Of a stretch of 59,358 nt of DNA, positions 1 to 13,134 are shown piece by piece (within the stretch, counting starts at the first letter, position 1; each line of letters opens with the position of its first letter). The translations under genes and the position numbers were made by a program. Source of the DNA: Trichoplax sp. H2 (taxonomy: Eukaryota). Location: positions 1 to 59,358 of the forward strand of contig NOWV01000297.1 in the NCBI GenBank assembly GCA_003344405.1. Direction: 5' to 3'. A model generated the notes under the pieces. That model saw only the letters and a program-made list of their open reading frames with translations. It made no database searches and had not been told where the DNA came from.

Positions 1-1529
1 CAGACTGTAGATATGTCTAAATATAAGATCAAACATGTCTATATTTAAGAGTGGAATATAGTTACAATATATTCTAAATACATTACACTCAGTAATGAGA
101 CTTGTCTGTACAGTATATAGAGGAAAGAATTACAGAGAAGGAAGTATTGCTTAGTCTAGTTAGATTCCAGAACTTGTGAAAGTATAGAGTTGTCACTGGT
201 TGAAAATTAAAAAAAATAGGGAATAAAAGTATCTACATTGATTAAATATATTTAAGGTTTATAAATTTTGCTCGTGTAAAAAATAGTCAGATTACCTATA
301 CTAACCCTTACTCACACTAATCCTCCAGTAAACGAAGTACGTAACAATCTTCACGCCTCTAAATCTTCCCTTTTCCGTTAATGATCACGCAAATTGTAAT
401 AGGTGTAAAATCATGAAATGGCATTATAGGATTGGATTTCCTACATAGAAGAATTATTTTTATCAATTCTAATATGCACTCATGATTTATAATGGATTAA
501 GTCGTTCTTTGAGACAACAGCAATGATTGTCATAACTTGAGTAATTATAAATTTATTCGTATTCTTTATATGATTTTATTAAAGGATAATTTTTATTAGA
601 CCAGAGTTACGGTAAATCATAAATGAATTACGAACACCTACTAAGAAACTGACATTAATCAAATTTGCGATGATTAAAAATCGTCTTAAGCTCCAGTCGA
701 TTTTTCCACTGTATGTTTGGTATTAATTGAATGCGATACTATTCTAGCTGTAGCTACTTGAGAACAGATATTAGAGAAATGCGGTATGTATATCAGTATA
801 TGTCATACACTCTACTACTACACAGTACACGGAATAAAGTTACTTACCTCTGACAGGTCGTACATGGTACACTAATAAAGGACTTTGTGTGTAGGTATTA
901 ACCAATCACATAATCCTTTAAAAACACTACAGTTATTCTTAATAAGTACCTCAAATTTTTGACATAGAATGCCAGGTACATCATTATAAAGTATAGACTG
1001 ATTTAGCGACTGGTATGCTCACGTAATATAATTTAGCATTGGCATTATAGATTATTTACTATGTTTAGTATTGTGACGGAGGGTTCAATATCTTGGAGGA
1101 TTAAGATTTAGTTGCCATTTACAATTAGTACACCAAAGGTTGTATAAAAGCTATACTTTATTTTAAATAGTAAAGTAAGTACAGTGGGGTAGTTGCGGTA
1201 GATCAGCGTGCAAGCTGTCGTGAGTAACGTATGAAGACTAACCAAGAAACCAAAGATTTCTGAGGTGGAAATCGGCGGTATTTATAGTTTTAAATATAGA
1301 GCACATGCAGAGAATAGGATTGTAGAATTAGGTGCAACATATACCATAACTGGTTACAACATAGCTGATGATTGTAGCAAACAGCGAGTACTGTAATAAC
1401 TAAATATTGTACAGTAACCTACATATGAATGTGAAGTAAGCGGACTGTAGATATGTCTAAATATAAGAGCAATACAACATGTCTATATTTAAGAGTAGAA
1501 TATAGTTACAAATTTTCTAAATACACTAC
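1..1529. repeat. ~87 bp imperfect direct repeat, copies at 1-86 and 1441-1529
   Basis: GACTGTAGATATGTCTAAATATAAGA...ACATGTCTATATTTAAGAGT(G/A)GAATATAGTTACAA...TTCTAAATACA occurs at both positions; the first copy may be cut by the window edge. Confidence 0.85.
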
Positions 1530-3022
1530 AAGTATGATGTAGCACGATAGCGTAGTTTCTATATTTATCATAAGGCATATTTCCGAACTCATGCGGGAAG
1601 TAAAAATAGACACTTAACTTATATATTAGGATATAGATAGTTCGTTATCATTTGGCTAGTCGAAAAATAATATCTGCGTAAGTACGATAGCTGTATAGCG
1701 TATTGGATTCGAAGCGTAGATGCTTCATTGTAAGATTTTGTTGTTTATATAATTTAAATATTTATAAAAATAAGGTAGAATATTGGTATGCGGATTGAAT
1801 TACTACGAAAAGCATTTAGGCAGGCAACTTTGGATTATTATTAGTTCTTTCCAGAAGTCAATTCTAGTTATTATATTCGGCTACAGTAGAGCTATTTGCA
1901 GATTATCTTTCAATAAAAATCTAATAAAGTTCTAATTTTCTGCAAATTTTAAAATTTCGTGATCAGATATATCATAGTTCATTGTAAGAGAGTCTTTATT
2001 CAATTATTTTGAATATAGGGATTCACATGCTATTTAAGTTATTCTGCTTTGTATCATATTCTAACTGCTTTTCGAATACTTTTCGGAAATGAGGACAAAA
2101 ATTGATTTTCAAGATTCTGTACGCAACTCTCTACCTTCGTTATCACAATATCAAAACATCTGTTATGCTGAATGTTTTGTTAAATAGTATAATTCAATTC
2201 AATACCGTTTGACTGCTTTTATTATCATAATTAAGAAACATTTCTATATTTGATGTGCCAGTAAACAATTCAATTTAATATCATATTATTAGTTTCATCG
2301 TCGTAATCCAGAATTAGATCCTTGCGTTAGGTATTGATACGTCATCAGATAATTCAGTCTAAGATCATGCTAATACCTATATCGTCCAAGGCACTATCAA
2401 ATTAATATATTATTATCATATCTTTACCTTCAGAATTATAAATGCAGAAAGTTTTTCATGCATGATACGGTTACTGATTTATCATCAAATAATTCACCTT
2501 AAAATCGTATTGTTACTTCATTATAGTAATAACGTTTCATAATTTAATTATCTTGTTTTGAAACTAAAGCTTAGAATTTCACGCAAGCAATGTCCATCTA
2601 TGATACAATAAAAATTATTTATCAAGATGTTATATAGCAAATCTATAATGATGATCGCAGCCAACATTAATTTAATTTATTTGCTATCCAAAAATTATAA
2701 TCGAATTATAACTGTAGGTCTATTCTTGTGAAATTCGCTGTAGATGGAATAGAAAATATTCTATTCGTGTTCTTGATATAAAGAGCAGCGTTACGTACCT
2801 TAGATCATCTTAAACTACCTTAAACTGGCTTAAGCTAATAGTCATACTTTAGGTATCTAATATGAATTGTTATTACTTTAACTTACTTGGCTTTAAAATC
2901 ATTTAATAATATCAAAATCATTTCGTCAGCATAATAAATTTAGAATGGTAAGACCTATTTTTATAGGTGTCTATTCCATGTTCAAGATTGACAGTCGCTG
3001 ACTATATGTATTTTTTATAAGC

Positions 3023-3054
3023 ACTAGTGCAAACTCCCGTCGCTTTGCTGACGG
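3023..3054 (-). mobile_element. Helitron-like 3' terminus (GC-rich hairpin followed by CTAG)
   Basis: Minus strand reads CCGTCAGC-AAA-GCGACGG (hairpin), GAGTTTGCA, then CTAG|T. This is the known Helitron 3' signature: a short GC hairpin ~10 nt before CTRR, inserted before a T. The 5' end was not located. Confidence 0.5.
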
Positions 3055-4381
3055 TTTACGATAATGTGCTCATTTAACAAATAGTATTACCATTTGATAG
3101 ACCTATCAGAGGTTCAGTAACTTTTTACCGTGTACTCTGTACTGTTTCCATTTTTGGTAGTGACTAATGCTTGTCGGTGTATTTTCTGTTCAAGTGAATT
3201 TCTGTTGTATTAAAATTCGTACTACGGTAGTACTTATGTATCAATATTGAAGTGATTCTTATTTATTAGTTTCTTCCCTTTCAATATCACCACAAATGCA
3301 TTAGCATCATCACGTGCCTAGCTGCAGATAATGTAGAAAGCGACTATAAATACTTGGTATACGTAGGAAATTTGGGAAAATTACTTATACGAGTAATCAT
3401 AACTCTATTGGCTTAGTCAAGAAATTAAAAGGCCGACAGATCTTCATTTCATCATCTAACTTACTAATTAAGGTTGTAGTAATACAGTGGCGACTACGAT
3501 ATATCTGGATTAAGGCGTTGGCTATCACTGGATTCAGTTTGATAAATATAAAATATTGACTCATTGGCAATCAAGATCTCAATATTAGTGGATAAGTCTT
3601 CAAATATCTGATTTAAGGCATCCTCCTATCTACTACTATTACAGGGTTAGCTCGAATAATCTAAGGCAAAAATTGGCTCATTAGAGTTCGAATTCCCAAT
3701 AATAATAGATTATCACTAAATAGTCGACTATATTTATCCTAAAGTATGTCACTATTAATTAATAATTAATATAAGGACCATTATTAAGTTCAACTCACGG
3801 AATATAAAAAATTATCTTAGAAACCTTTAAATTCCTAAATAAATCATTTCAGTTATTATTAGATTCAGCTCAACGGATGTTGAGAATACTATATTACCTC
3901 ATTAGTTTCATACTTTCAAATATACCTTTTCAATTATTTATCGCTAAATTCGGTTCGACGAAGATATATGATTGTCTTATTAGTACAGTCTTCAAATTCT
4001 CAAAGTACGCCTTAATTATTAATTATTAGATTCAGCTAGAGGAAAGATAAATAATTGTCTCATTAGCACAGTCTTCAAATTCCTAATTTTAGTGGATTAA
4101 TCAACAAAAATAAGTATCATTTGCCAGTCAACATTGCACAATTATGATCAGATTCGACGAGTGAAATCCCTTGTTAGTCTTTAAATTCCGATATATACAG
4201 ATGAGGACTTGGTAGCTGATTATTTAGTGTACACGCAGACCTTTGAATATACAAACATTTATAAATGGCTTTTACTCAATAAACATAAAGTTTTCCTCCT
4301 TAATCTTCAAATTCTGAAGTTTTAAGGGATTAATAATCATATAGCCGATTACCTTTATCGATCTTCTCTCTCTTTCGAAGC

Positions 4382-5425
4382 ATGAATATCAGCAGCAATA
4401 CTACAACGCCAATAAGTATAAATGCCACAGCATCTGCTGGATTTCAATACATAGGTGGCGTTGTAACTCAAGTATTATTTGGAATAATTGCAATCCTATC
4501 GATTGTCGGTAATGCCTTGGTTTTAGCGCTCTTCTCATATAGTAAACAACTTCGAAACTACTCCCATGGGATTTTAATATGGAATTTAGCTTTAGTAGAT
4601 CTCTTAACCGGTATCTTTATTATTGTTACACCAGCACATATTATTCGTGAAGCTTATCCCGATCCGCCACCAGGTTTAGCTGGAAGTTTATTTTGTAAAC
4701 TGATTGGTGTTGAAACATTTACCTTTAGCTTTGGTGTGATTTCCATGTCCATTTTAGCTATCTTGAGTCTAGAGCGACGTTATGGCGTTGTCAAGCCATA
4801 TCTTCATGCACGTTATTTCCGTAGGAATCGTACTAAGATCATGATTGTATTTGCTTGGATTTGGGGGATTATCTTAAATGTGACGAATATAATTCAAGGA
4901 GTACATCATCAAGGCAGCCAACCTCCGTGTGGATGGGAGAGCTTAGCTGGTGGACCGATTGTGCAGAAGACAGTTTATGGCATTTTGTTTGTCTTGCGAT
5001 TTCTGCTGCCTTTGCTATGCATCGTTATCTGCTATGCCAATATATTAGCCCACATGAGATCAACTATTCGTGATTTAACCGAAGCAATGGATAAAAAAGA
5101 GACGGTAACCTATAAGATTGCCAAGAAAGTAACCATAACATGCGCTGTAACATCGCTGGCCTTTCTACTGTGTTGGCTACCAAATCAAATTTATTTTACT
5201 TTAATTAATTTTCAAGCGGCAACGATCAATTCCGATATTCACTTTGTAACCAAATTATTGATTCTATTCAATTCCTGTATCAATCCCTTCATTTACGTCA
5301 GTATAAATCATTATTATCGTCAAGAATTTATAAAAATGATGAGGTTAAATAATTATTCAGGATATAAATCTCGAGCAGCGATGATGTCATTATCACTTGC
5401 AAATACGAATAGCCCGACGGAATAG
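4382..5425 (+). CDS. Rhodopsin-class (class A) 7TM GPCR, peptide-receptor-like, 347 aa, single coding exon
   Basis: Seven hydrophobic segments; GN (TM1), NLALVD (TM2), Cys at top of TM3 plus ECL2 Cys, LERRY (DRY variant), CWLP (TM6), NSCINPFIY (TM7), N-terminal N-glycosylation sequons; pyrimidine tract + AG directly before the ATG (4379-4380). Confidence 0.95.
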   Translation: MNISSNTTTPISINATASAGFQYIGGVVTQVLFGIIAILSIVGNALVLALFSYSKQLRNYSHGILIWNLALVDLLTGIFIIVTPAHIIREAYPDPPPGLAGSLFCKLIGVETFTFSFGVISMSILAILSLERRYGVVKPYLHARYFRRNRTKIMIVFAWIWGIILNVTNIIQGVHHQGSQPPCGWESLAGGPIVQKTVYGILFVLRFLLPLLCIVICYANILAHMRSTIRDLTEAMDKKETVTYKIAKKVTITCAVTSLAFLLCWLPNQIYFTLINFQAATINSDIHFVTKLLILFNSCINPFIYVSINHYYRQEFIKMMRLNNYSGYKSRAAMMSLSLANTNSPTE

Positions 5426-6044
5426 AAAAATATTTCTTATCTTACTCTACCATAAGCTTAGAGAATTTGAATGGATATCTATGTAGTTATTATTTATTTA
5501 ATGTACTGTACTTGTATCTGTATAACTTAGTGTGTTACTAATCCATGATTTATACGATAGATAAGCAATCCAACGCGATATGAGTAATACTTTTGCATTT
5601 CACATTGACTACCTGCCGTATTTTCCCTTTGAGTTGGTTGTTGATTACGAGGCATTTATGGTACTTTTACTATTATTAATAATAAGAATATATATTTTAA
5701 AATTATAGATAAAATATGTTAGTATATAGCAAATCGGCGGTAACCTGTACACAATTGGTTAGAAATCACTTATTCGTAGCGCATAAAATTGTTGATCCTT
5801 GCTTACAAGTACAAATCATCTGAATATATCTACTACAAAACTTAATCACAAGCACTTTTACAAATCCGATCATTAGCATATATATTGCTAATATATGAAA
5901 TATCGCCAATTTATTTTGTAAATCTGTAGACTTTAAGTTATATTTTTACTTAAATTCTTTGTCATTAAGATAGTCCTATACATTATATATTTTTACTTGT
6001 CGAATAGCTGTAATGCGAGGTATTTGTTTCACAGTTATTACGAT

Positions 6045-6421
6045 AATAGAATCACATTTTACTTTCGATATCGCTGTATTTGTAGACTTGAACCCTTCAG
6101 CTTTTAAGTTTATTTGCTCAAGAATTAAATACTTCTATCATGAAATACATCTATTAATAGTGGCAGGATACACATACATTAAATAAAATCATATTTTTAC
6201 TTTCGATATCGCTGTATTTGTAAACTTAAGTTCTTCACCTTTAAGTTTACTTGCTCATGAATTTAATACTCTTATGATGAAATACACCCATTAAATTAAT
6301 AGTGATAGAGTATAACCTTGCATTAATAAAATCATATTTTGCTTTCGATATCGTGGTACATGTAGACTAAAGTCCTTTACCTCTAAGTTTATTCGCTCAA
6401 GAAATTACTCCTATGATGAAA
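6045..6421. repeat. Degenerate tandem repeat, 3 x ~140 bp
   Basis: AATA(G/A)AATCA.ATTTT.CTTTCGATATCG...TAAGTTTA.T.GCTCA.GAA...ATGAAA recurs at ~6045, ~6182 and ~6325. Confidence 0.85.
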
Positions 6422-7199
6422 CCATGAAAAACTAGATAGTATATCTAGTATCACATAAATGAAGCACATCTATTAATATTAGTAGTTTGCCATTGTATTG
6501 AAAAACGTACGATATGTCTTGGAGTGGAATCCTGTACGATTATTAAACATAAATCACTGCAAATTTTCTCTAATGATAACGTGCGATATATATGCTGTGT
6601 TATACTTGAATTTACTTATCAGCACGATGTTCATCTACTCGATTTGCTAAATTTTTTATTTTCTATTTTCCGGTAATCAACTTTTTAACTTGAAAGATCT
6701 ATCAAAAGTTCTAAAGCCCTATGTTAATCCATACAATCCTTTAGATACATCAATTTTAAACAGTACAGTATATATAAAATAAGGCCAAAGGAAGCTAAGT
6801 AATAGATTTTCTTTCTAAATTTCGATATCAACTGAAATTATGTATACTATTTTTGCGAATATGCTTAAATGATAGCATTACACATACACATATACTAATT
6901 AAAGAAGATCTGTAACATTTTCACAGTACGCTATACTCAAGAATAATATCCATTACTTTACCCTCGGCTGTTTCTTTAATTGAAATACATTTATAATCCT
7001 TTTGCAAAAACATCTCTGCAAAACGAAAATTGATGTTACAAATTGTATTCAGTATCACCATTTTAAACGCTGTGACTTAGCAAAAAATGTAGTGCTGTAA
7101 CACATATAACACACTCTAATTTACAAAAACATGCAAGGTATCGTATAATTAAAGTTAAAGATTTTAGACCAGTTGAAAGCGACCTAGAGTATGATACTA

Positions 7200-10100
7200 T
7201 ACATCTTCGATTAACTTAGATTAAGATATGTATAAATATATTCTTCCAATTTGAAAAATATTTGTAAATTCTATGATAAAATTTCCAATTATTATATCAA
7301 CTACCTACCCAAACAGTTTATGATTTCTACTTTTTCAAACGTTATTGCAGGATCGACACGCTATTCATAAAAGGCATATAATCCATTTGAAATAGTTATA
7401 CTTGTTTAACGCTATCAAAAGCAATTTCATAACGTTATTTATAACTAATTAATGCCATTACAATTCGCTCAGTTACTCAACTAATATAAATATCTGTAGT
7501 CAAAAAATTTTGGGCAGCAAACTCTGAATTACTATGCCCACTCCTGCAACTGTCTAGTTAATGGTCCTTTATTCTAATATTTAGCGTACTGTAAGTGAGA
7601 TTTCAAACTAGATTCTGTCCAAAGCTGACAATCCTTAAATTTTTTTTTATTGACTAATTCTCTAGATAAAAGTGTTCATAGTTTAGCAATTACTATTAAC
7701 TTAAGTGATGTTGACAGCTCGACTTCTTTTTTAACTCGTTGAAAGGGATAGTAGTATTGCTACCAGTTTCAGTAAAATATCACTAGGCGATTTGCGGTAC
7801 GTACGTACTGGAAATATCTTCCGTAGTCAGAACCACAATCGACTGGTCTAGACAATAAGTTAAGTGTTCAACTTAAAATGAAACCATAAATCTAATTTAT
7901 TAACCGAATCGGTAATCGTTCAAATAGCTATTTTGACGTTATCTATCGGTGATATTCCATCCAAAATGTTCCATTTAGGACTTCTCTAAACTCTAATCTA
8001 GTCCTATTAAATGCAGAATTAGTTTGGAAGATATCCCCGATCATTCTTAATTCTTATCTAACACATTTAATATGTATAAGATTTTAATCTAGAATATTCA
8101 AAATTTTATTTACAAAATTACCAATCGGGTTTATAATATATCAGCAGATAATATTAGCATCTGCTAAACCACTTCCTTACATCTATATTCAGAAATCTAC
8201 CGCTAAATCTAGGAATTATCATCTTAAGGGAATAGTATCTATCTACTTAAGGTTACAGCTTTATAACGTCAATATTGCTATGACCGATCTTGGTCATACT
8301 GCATGTATTTAAACTATATTTAGCAGTAGAATAATATAAGAATCTGGATGGAAGTCTTCATCCCGCTAAATCTACATATTTGCATAAATTGACTCCTCAC
8401 AGTAATTTAGCCCCGTGACAAACGTCAATAATTGATCGCTTTAGGTATACAGCCAGCCAGTACATATGGTGGTTTGACAAATGTTGTAAATTAAATACTT
8501 ATGCGTGGAATGATTGCTTCACAGGTTACTATATGAGAAGTACCTTAGTACCCTGTATAAGATTTAATGGCTATATCTTTAAAAATATCAGTTATAAGGT
8601 AAGAATCGAGTATCTTATCCTATCCTTAGAAATCAATCCGTTTTCATCAACTGCAAAATTACTTAATTGATATTTACTAAACGACAAGCATGTAGAATAT
8701 GAATTTTGCTAGGCTATCATCATATGTCACAACTGAAGTTACTAATACATTCAATATAGTGCTGCATTTTAGTAAAGTATAATATCAGGGTAAAGATTCA
8801 ATGGGCAAAAACAAAAATCGAAGTAAAGAAGTAAGATAATAAAGTTTAGTTTTGGGGGTAAGTAATGAGGTTTCCAACATACGCGTAAATCTTATTGTCA
8901 CAACTGTCAATATTAACAATGAAATTTCACACTCTGTGGAGATTTGTGGCTATTGAAATACCTTCTGAACAACCTTTGGATATACCAAATTAATAATCAA
9001 AAATAGCCATGCCGTCACTGTATTTGATAACTTAATTAATAGCTTAATTAATGATGTAATTAGTCGGATAATGGCTCATAGTATCACTGTTGAAATTATA
9101 GCAATATCGAGACTATCTTATCATAATTATTACGCAATTATGAAGCTTTTTCTGATAAATTTGATGAATTACAAAAGTATTACGTAAGATCTAATTAAAG
9201 TTTCTATTGAATCTTAAATTTTAATGCTTTTTTTTCTTCTAAAATAGATTAGCCTATTAATAGGCGCCATGGATGATATTAATTAATTATTTACGTTTCA
9301 TATGGATAAAGTACTCATTTTAATCTTACAAGATACCCTATTTCATTATTTGAACCCAATTAAGGTCAAAGCGATGTATTTTAGGAAATAGTTGTAGTAA
9401 ATCTCTTACATATATTTGCATTTTAAATTTTATCGTTGCTTTTTGCGTATGAAAATTAAACTTGCATATCGTTTATTAGCCAATATTTTTAGACAACTGC
9501 TACAGGTATCTCCAATTCGCAACCTGAATCCAATTATATCTACCTTCGCATTTAATTAAAATGTTAAAGCATAACACAATAATATATTCAATACCGATCA
9601 GTAAAATCGCCATATTCATAGATTAGGGATATCGCAGATTAGAATAAGTGTAATTTTTTATTTGTAAATACTATAAATTTATTATAAAACCAATCATTTT
9701 AAGTTGATAATGGAAAATATTAATAAAATATTCAAATGCTTTACATATTGTTTACGTGCGATACGAAATAATTTTTCTGTTTCAGTCACGTAATTAATCA
9801 TAACTGGAACTAGCACAGAGTACAAAATTATAATAGATATTTTCTTTCTGAATGCTGAATATAGCAATCATTAACTTGAATTATAGATCTTGTTTGCATC
9901 ATTGAAAGTAGTTAAGAGCTTATAAGTGCACAAGAAGCAGCACATACAAAATATTACAAATATAATAGATCTGTTTACTAAGTTGGCATGCCTTTGCTAA
10001 GCCTTTCTACAAGCCAAATTCAACTTTATAAACTAAATTTTATATTATGTAGCCATGTTTAATAATTATTAATTCATGGAACTATTTCCATTTCTCTGAT

Positions 10101-10420
10101 GTTATTTCTATTATCTGAAGCTGCTATCGGAAAATCCTACTATCCACACATTCGCACGTCATTGCGTATCATTTTGATGGTAAGAATTTCAGATATGACC
10201 ATGCTAAGGAGTCTACTGTTAAAGAAATGTATTTAATTAAATTGATAATTGAAAAGGTTATTGCCACAGAAGTAAAATCATCAAATTCAAGAAACTTATC
10301 ATGTGAAGTAAACCATATCCTTAATGCCCCTCTAATTATATATATCAAGGTTGTTCTTTTGATCATCAAAGTAATACCTTTATAAAACAATTTTAAATTT
10401 GCTAATGGCGTAGACGACTT
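7200..10420 (-). pseudogene. Possible heavily decayed extracellular-LRR gene relic
   Basis: Manual minus-strand translation gives stop/frameshift-broken LRR-like fragments (GITLMIKRTTLIYIIRGAL, LKFLPSK*YAMTCEC, LNILD*N, EVLNGTF, NLRIVSFGQN). Pattern recognition only. Confidence 0.2.
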
Positions 10421-11399
10421 TATTTTCCTTAGACATTAGATTAATTGACAGAAGATTGTTCGATTGTGAATAGTTAACCAAAATTTTACTATATTTCAAT
10501 TACGATACTCGCCATCCTGTTTTGCCTACGGGCTTTTCTGTCATAATTAACACATTATAATTCAACACGATTACCTTATATCAAACTAATCTTTTCTAAT
10601 CTATTCAAATAGGCTAATACATTTTTCTCTATTAGGATATATTGTTAAATTGATCAGCAGTGAAAATAAAGGCCAAACATGTAATAAATTATTAATATCA
10701 TTAATTGGTATTGACCCTATGAATAATTAATCTATTATTAATAACGGAATATGAAATGGCGCCTGTTCAATTCTAGCAAGTTGCACTGTTCACTGCTAGA
10801 AAATTTATTCTATATAGACCCTTGCATATCTTTCTTGCTATAGATCTTTTACAGAGTTTCCTTAGAAGTTGATCATTACTTGAAGTCTCCATCCAATGTT
10901 GGCAATGTTTGCAGCAGTTGTAAATGGAATGACAACTTAGATAATGTTAATTGACAATAAGACATAAAAAATTTCCTTCATTCTTTTATCGTCTAGAATT
11001 TTGTATAAAAGGTATAAAAAGATCGCAAATTATCATCAGCGCCGCAACCAAGCTATCAATTTATACCAAGGTTTCTTTTGCAATTTCGTAAACATATCGA
11101 TATAGGAACTATAATAAAATTAGCAAAATTAATTAATATGTGCAATTATTTTTTGTTGCAGTGCTATAAATTATGATTTAATTAGACGATACTTATATGC
11201 ACAAATATAAAACTCCCACGGGACTATCCAAAGATCATATTGTCTAAAGTATGCTAGTACTTGGCTCCATACATGTGTAAAAGCAATATATCGCGTTATA
11301 ATTACTAAAAAATTTCATTTAACTGCTAATTCACCTAATATTACATACTTGCCAAGACTAGACTAAGGTTTCATTAAAGGACATCGTATCGGAATAGTT

Positions 11400-11975
11400 C
11401 AAGGCTAATATTTAATTTTCTCAAGCAAATATTTGTTTATATCATGCCTGCCCTAACTTAATGCTCTTTTTCTTATTGTATCGTCCAATTTAATATCCGA
11501 TTTAAACTATCTGTTTTCTGATTAATCAACGCTCATTCCGATTGCAATTATTACCATCTGTAAAATAAATAGCGATATTAATTTAGCTATCTATGGCTAC
11601 AACATATGAAAATTTAATCGCTCGGACTAAGGCTTTAATACAATACACTGTATCGAAATGGTTCAATGCTAATATTTAGTTCTCTCAAACAAATACTTAT
11701 TTATATCATTGTATATCTTAAATTAGCAGTCTTTTCTTATTGAATATTCGATTTTAACTGTCTATTTTCCAAAATTGATCATACTCATTTCTATTATAGT
11801 TCTTAACATCCGCAAAATAGCGACATTAATTTAACTATCTATTGCTACAACATTTCAAAATTTATCCTAATACAATTCTATCAAACAATTATTTATTTAT
11901 ACTCGTATCATTACCTGTCCTAACTTAGCGGTCTTTTTCTTATTCAACAAATGAAAATTGATCAACCAATTTCTA
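11400..11975. repeat. Degenerate local duplication/triplication (~200-260 bp) directly upstream of the second GPCR ATG
   Basis: TCTCAA.CAAATA.TT.TTTATATCA...TCTTTT.TTATT...AATAGCGA.ATTAATTTA.CTATCTAT.GCTACAACAT at ~11418 and ~11682; partial third copy from ~11877. Confidence 0.75.
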
Positions 11976-11979
11976 TATC

Positions 11980-13134
11980 ATGATGAATTTAACCAATTTT
12001 TCCGCTATTCCTAGCAATGCTACACAGTTGCCATCATCTGGCAATTATTCCAGTGGTCATAATTATCTCGGTGGACTAGCGACGCAAATTTTCTTCGGAA
12101 TTATTGCAATATTGTCAATCCTCGGTAATATAATCGTATTTGTCATCTTCTTATACAGCCCAAGGTTAAAGAATCGTTCTCATGGCATCTTAATTGGAAA
12201 TTTAGCTCTTGTTGATATGCTAACTGGTGTTTGTATTATCATTACGCCAGTTCATATTATCCGTGAAAATTTTCATCATCCACCACCTGGTATTGGTGGT
12301 ACTATCTTCTGTAAAATTATCGGCTCAGAAATGATGACATTTAGCTTTGGTTTTATATCTATATATACATTAGCTGTGTTGAGCCTTGAAAGACGATATG
12401 CTGTGGTCCGACCTCCGCTTCATCGAAAGTATTTTTCGATTCGAAATAGTAAATTTCTAGTAGTACTCGTTTGGATCTTGGGAATTGCTGTTAATATCGC
12501 CAATGTTTTACAAGCTTATTATAAAGGCGATAGCAATCCACCTTGTGGTTGGAAGTATCTCGTCGATTCTGAATTCAGCATGATCCTTTATGGAATATTG
12601 CTATTTTTACGCTTCATATTCCCCATATCATGTGTCATTATTTGCTACTTTGATATACTACGGTATATCCAACGAAAAGTACATCATTTGTTGCATTCCG
12701 TTCATGGGAAGGAATTCGCCGCCTATAAAATGAGAAAAAAAATCACAATTACGTGTGCTATAACGTCGATGGCATTTTTAGTATGTTGGTTACCCAATCA
12801 AGTTTATTTTTCATTTATCAGTTTTCGTGCTATTACTAGAAACAATGAAATTCATTTAATAACAAAGTTACTAATTTATTTTAATTCTTGTATTAACCCA
12901 TTTATTTATGCAAGTACTAATCCCTATTATAGACGTGAATTTATTGATCTGTTCCATTTAAAATATAAATTTTGTTGCATTGATTGCAGCAAGCAAAGCG
13001 CATTATGGAATTTTTCACGAGACGCTCATCGTAAAACCGACAATGACGAAAATGAATTGCACATGGACAAAACTTATTCCGCAAAATCATTAAGGATCAG
13101 TCCATTCAGGGTCGAAGAAGCTAAAAGGATATAA
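11980..13134 (+). CDS. Rhodopsin-class 7TM GPCR, peptide-receptor-like, 384 aa, single coding exon
   Basis: GN, NLALVD, FCK, LERRY, CWLP and NSCINPFIY motifs; FCCIDC Cys cluster after helix 8; clear paralogue of the neighbouring GPCRs. Confidence 0.95.
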   Translation: MMNLTNFSAIPSNATQLPSSGNYSSGHNYLGGLATQIFFGIIAILSILGNIIVFVIFLYSPRLKNRSHGILIGNLALVDMLTGVCIIITPVHIIRENFHHPPPGIGGTIFCKIIGSEMMTFSFGFISIYTLAVLSLERRYAVVRPPLHRKYFSIRNSKFLVVLVWILGIAVNIANVLQAYYKGDSNPPCGWKYLVDSEFSMILYGILLFLRFIFPISCVIICYFDILRYIQRKVHHLLHSVHGKEFAAYKMRKKITITCAITSMAFLVCWLPNQVYFSFISFRAITRNNEIHLITKLLIYFNSCINPFIYASTNPYYRREFIDLFHLKYKFCCIDCSKQSALWNFSRDAHRKTDNDENELHMDKTYSAKSLRISPFRVEEAKRI

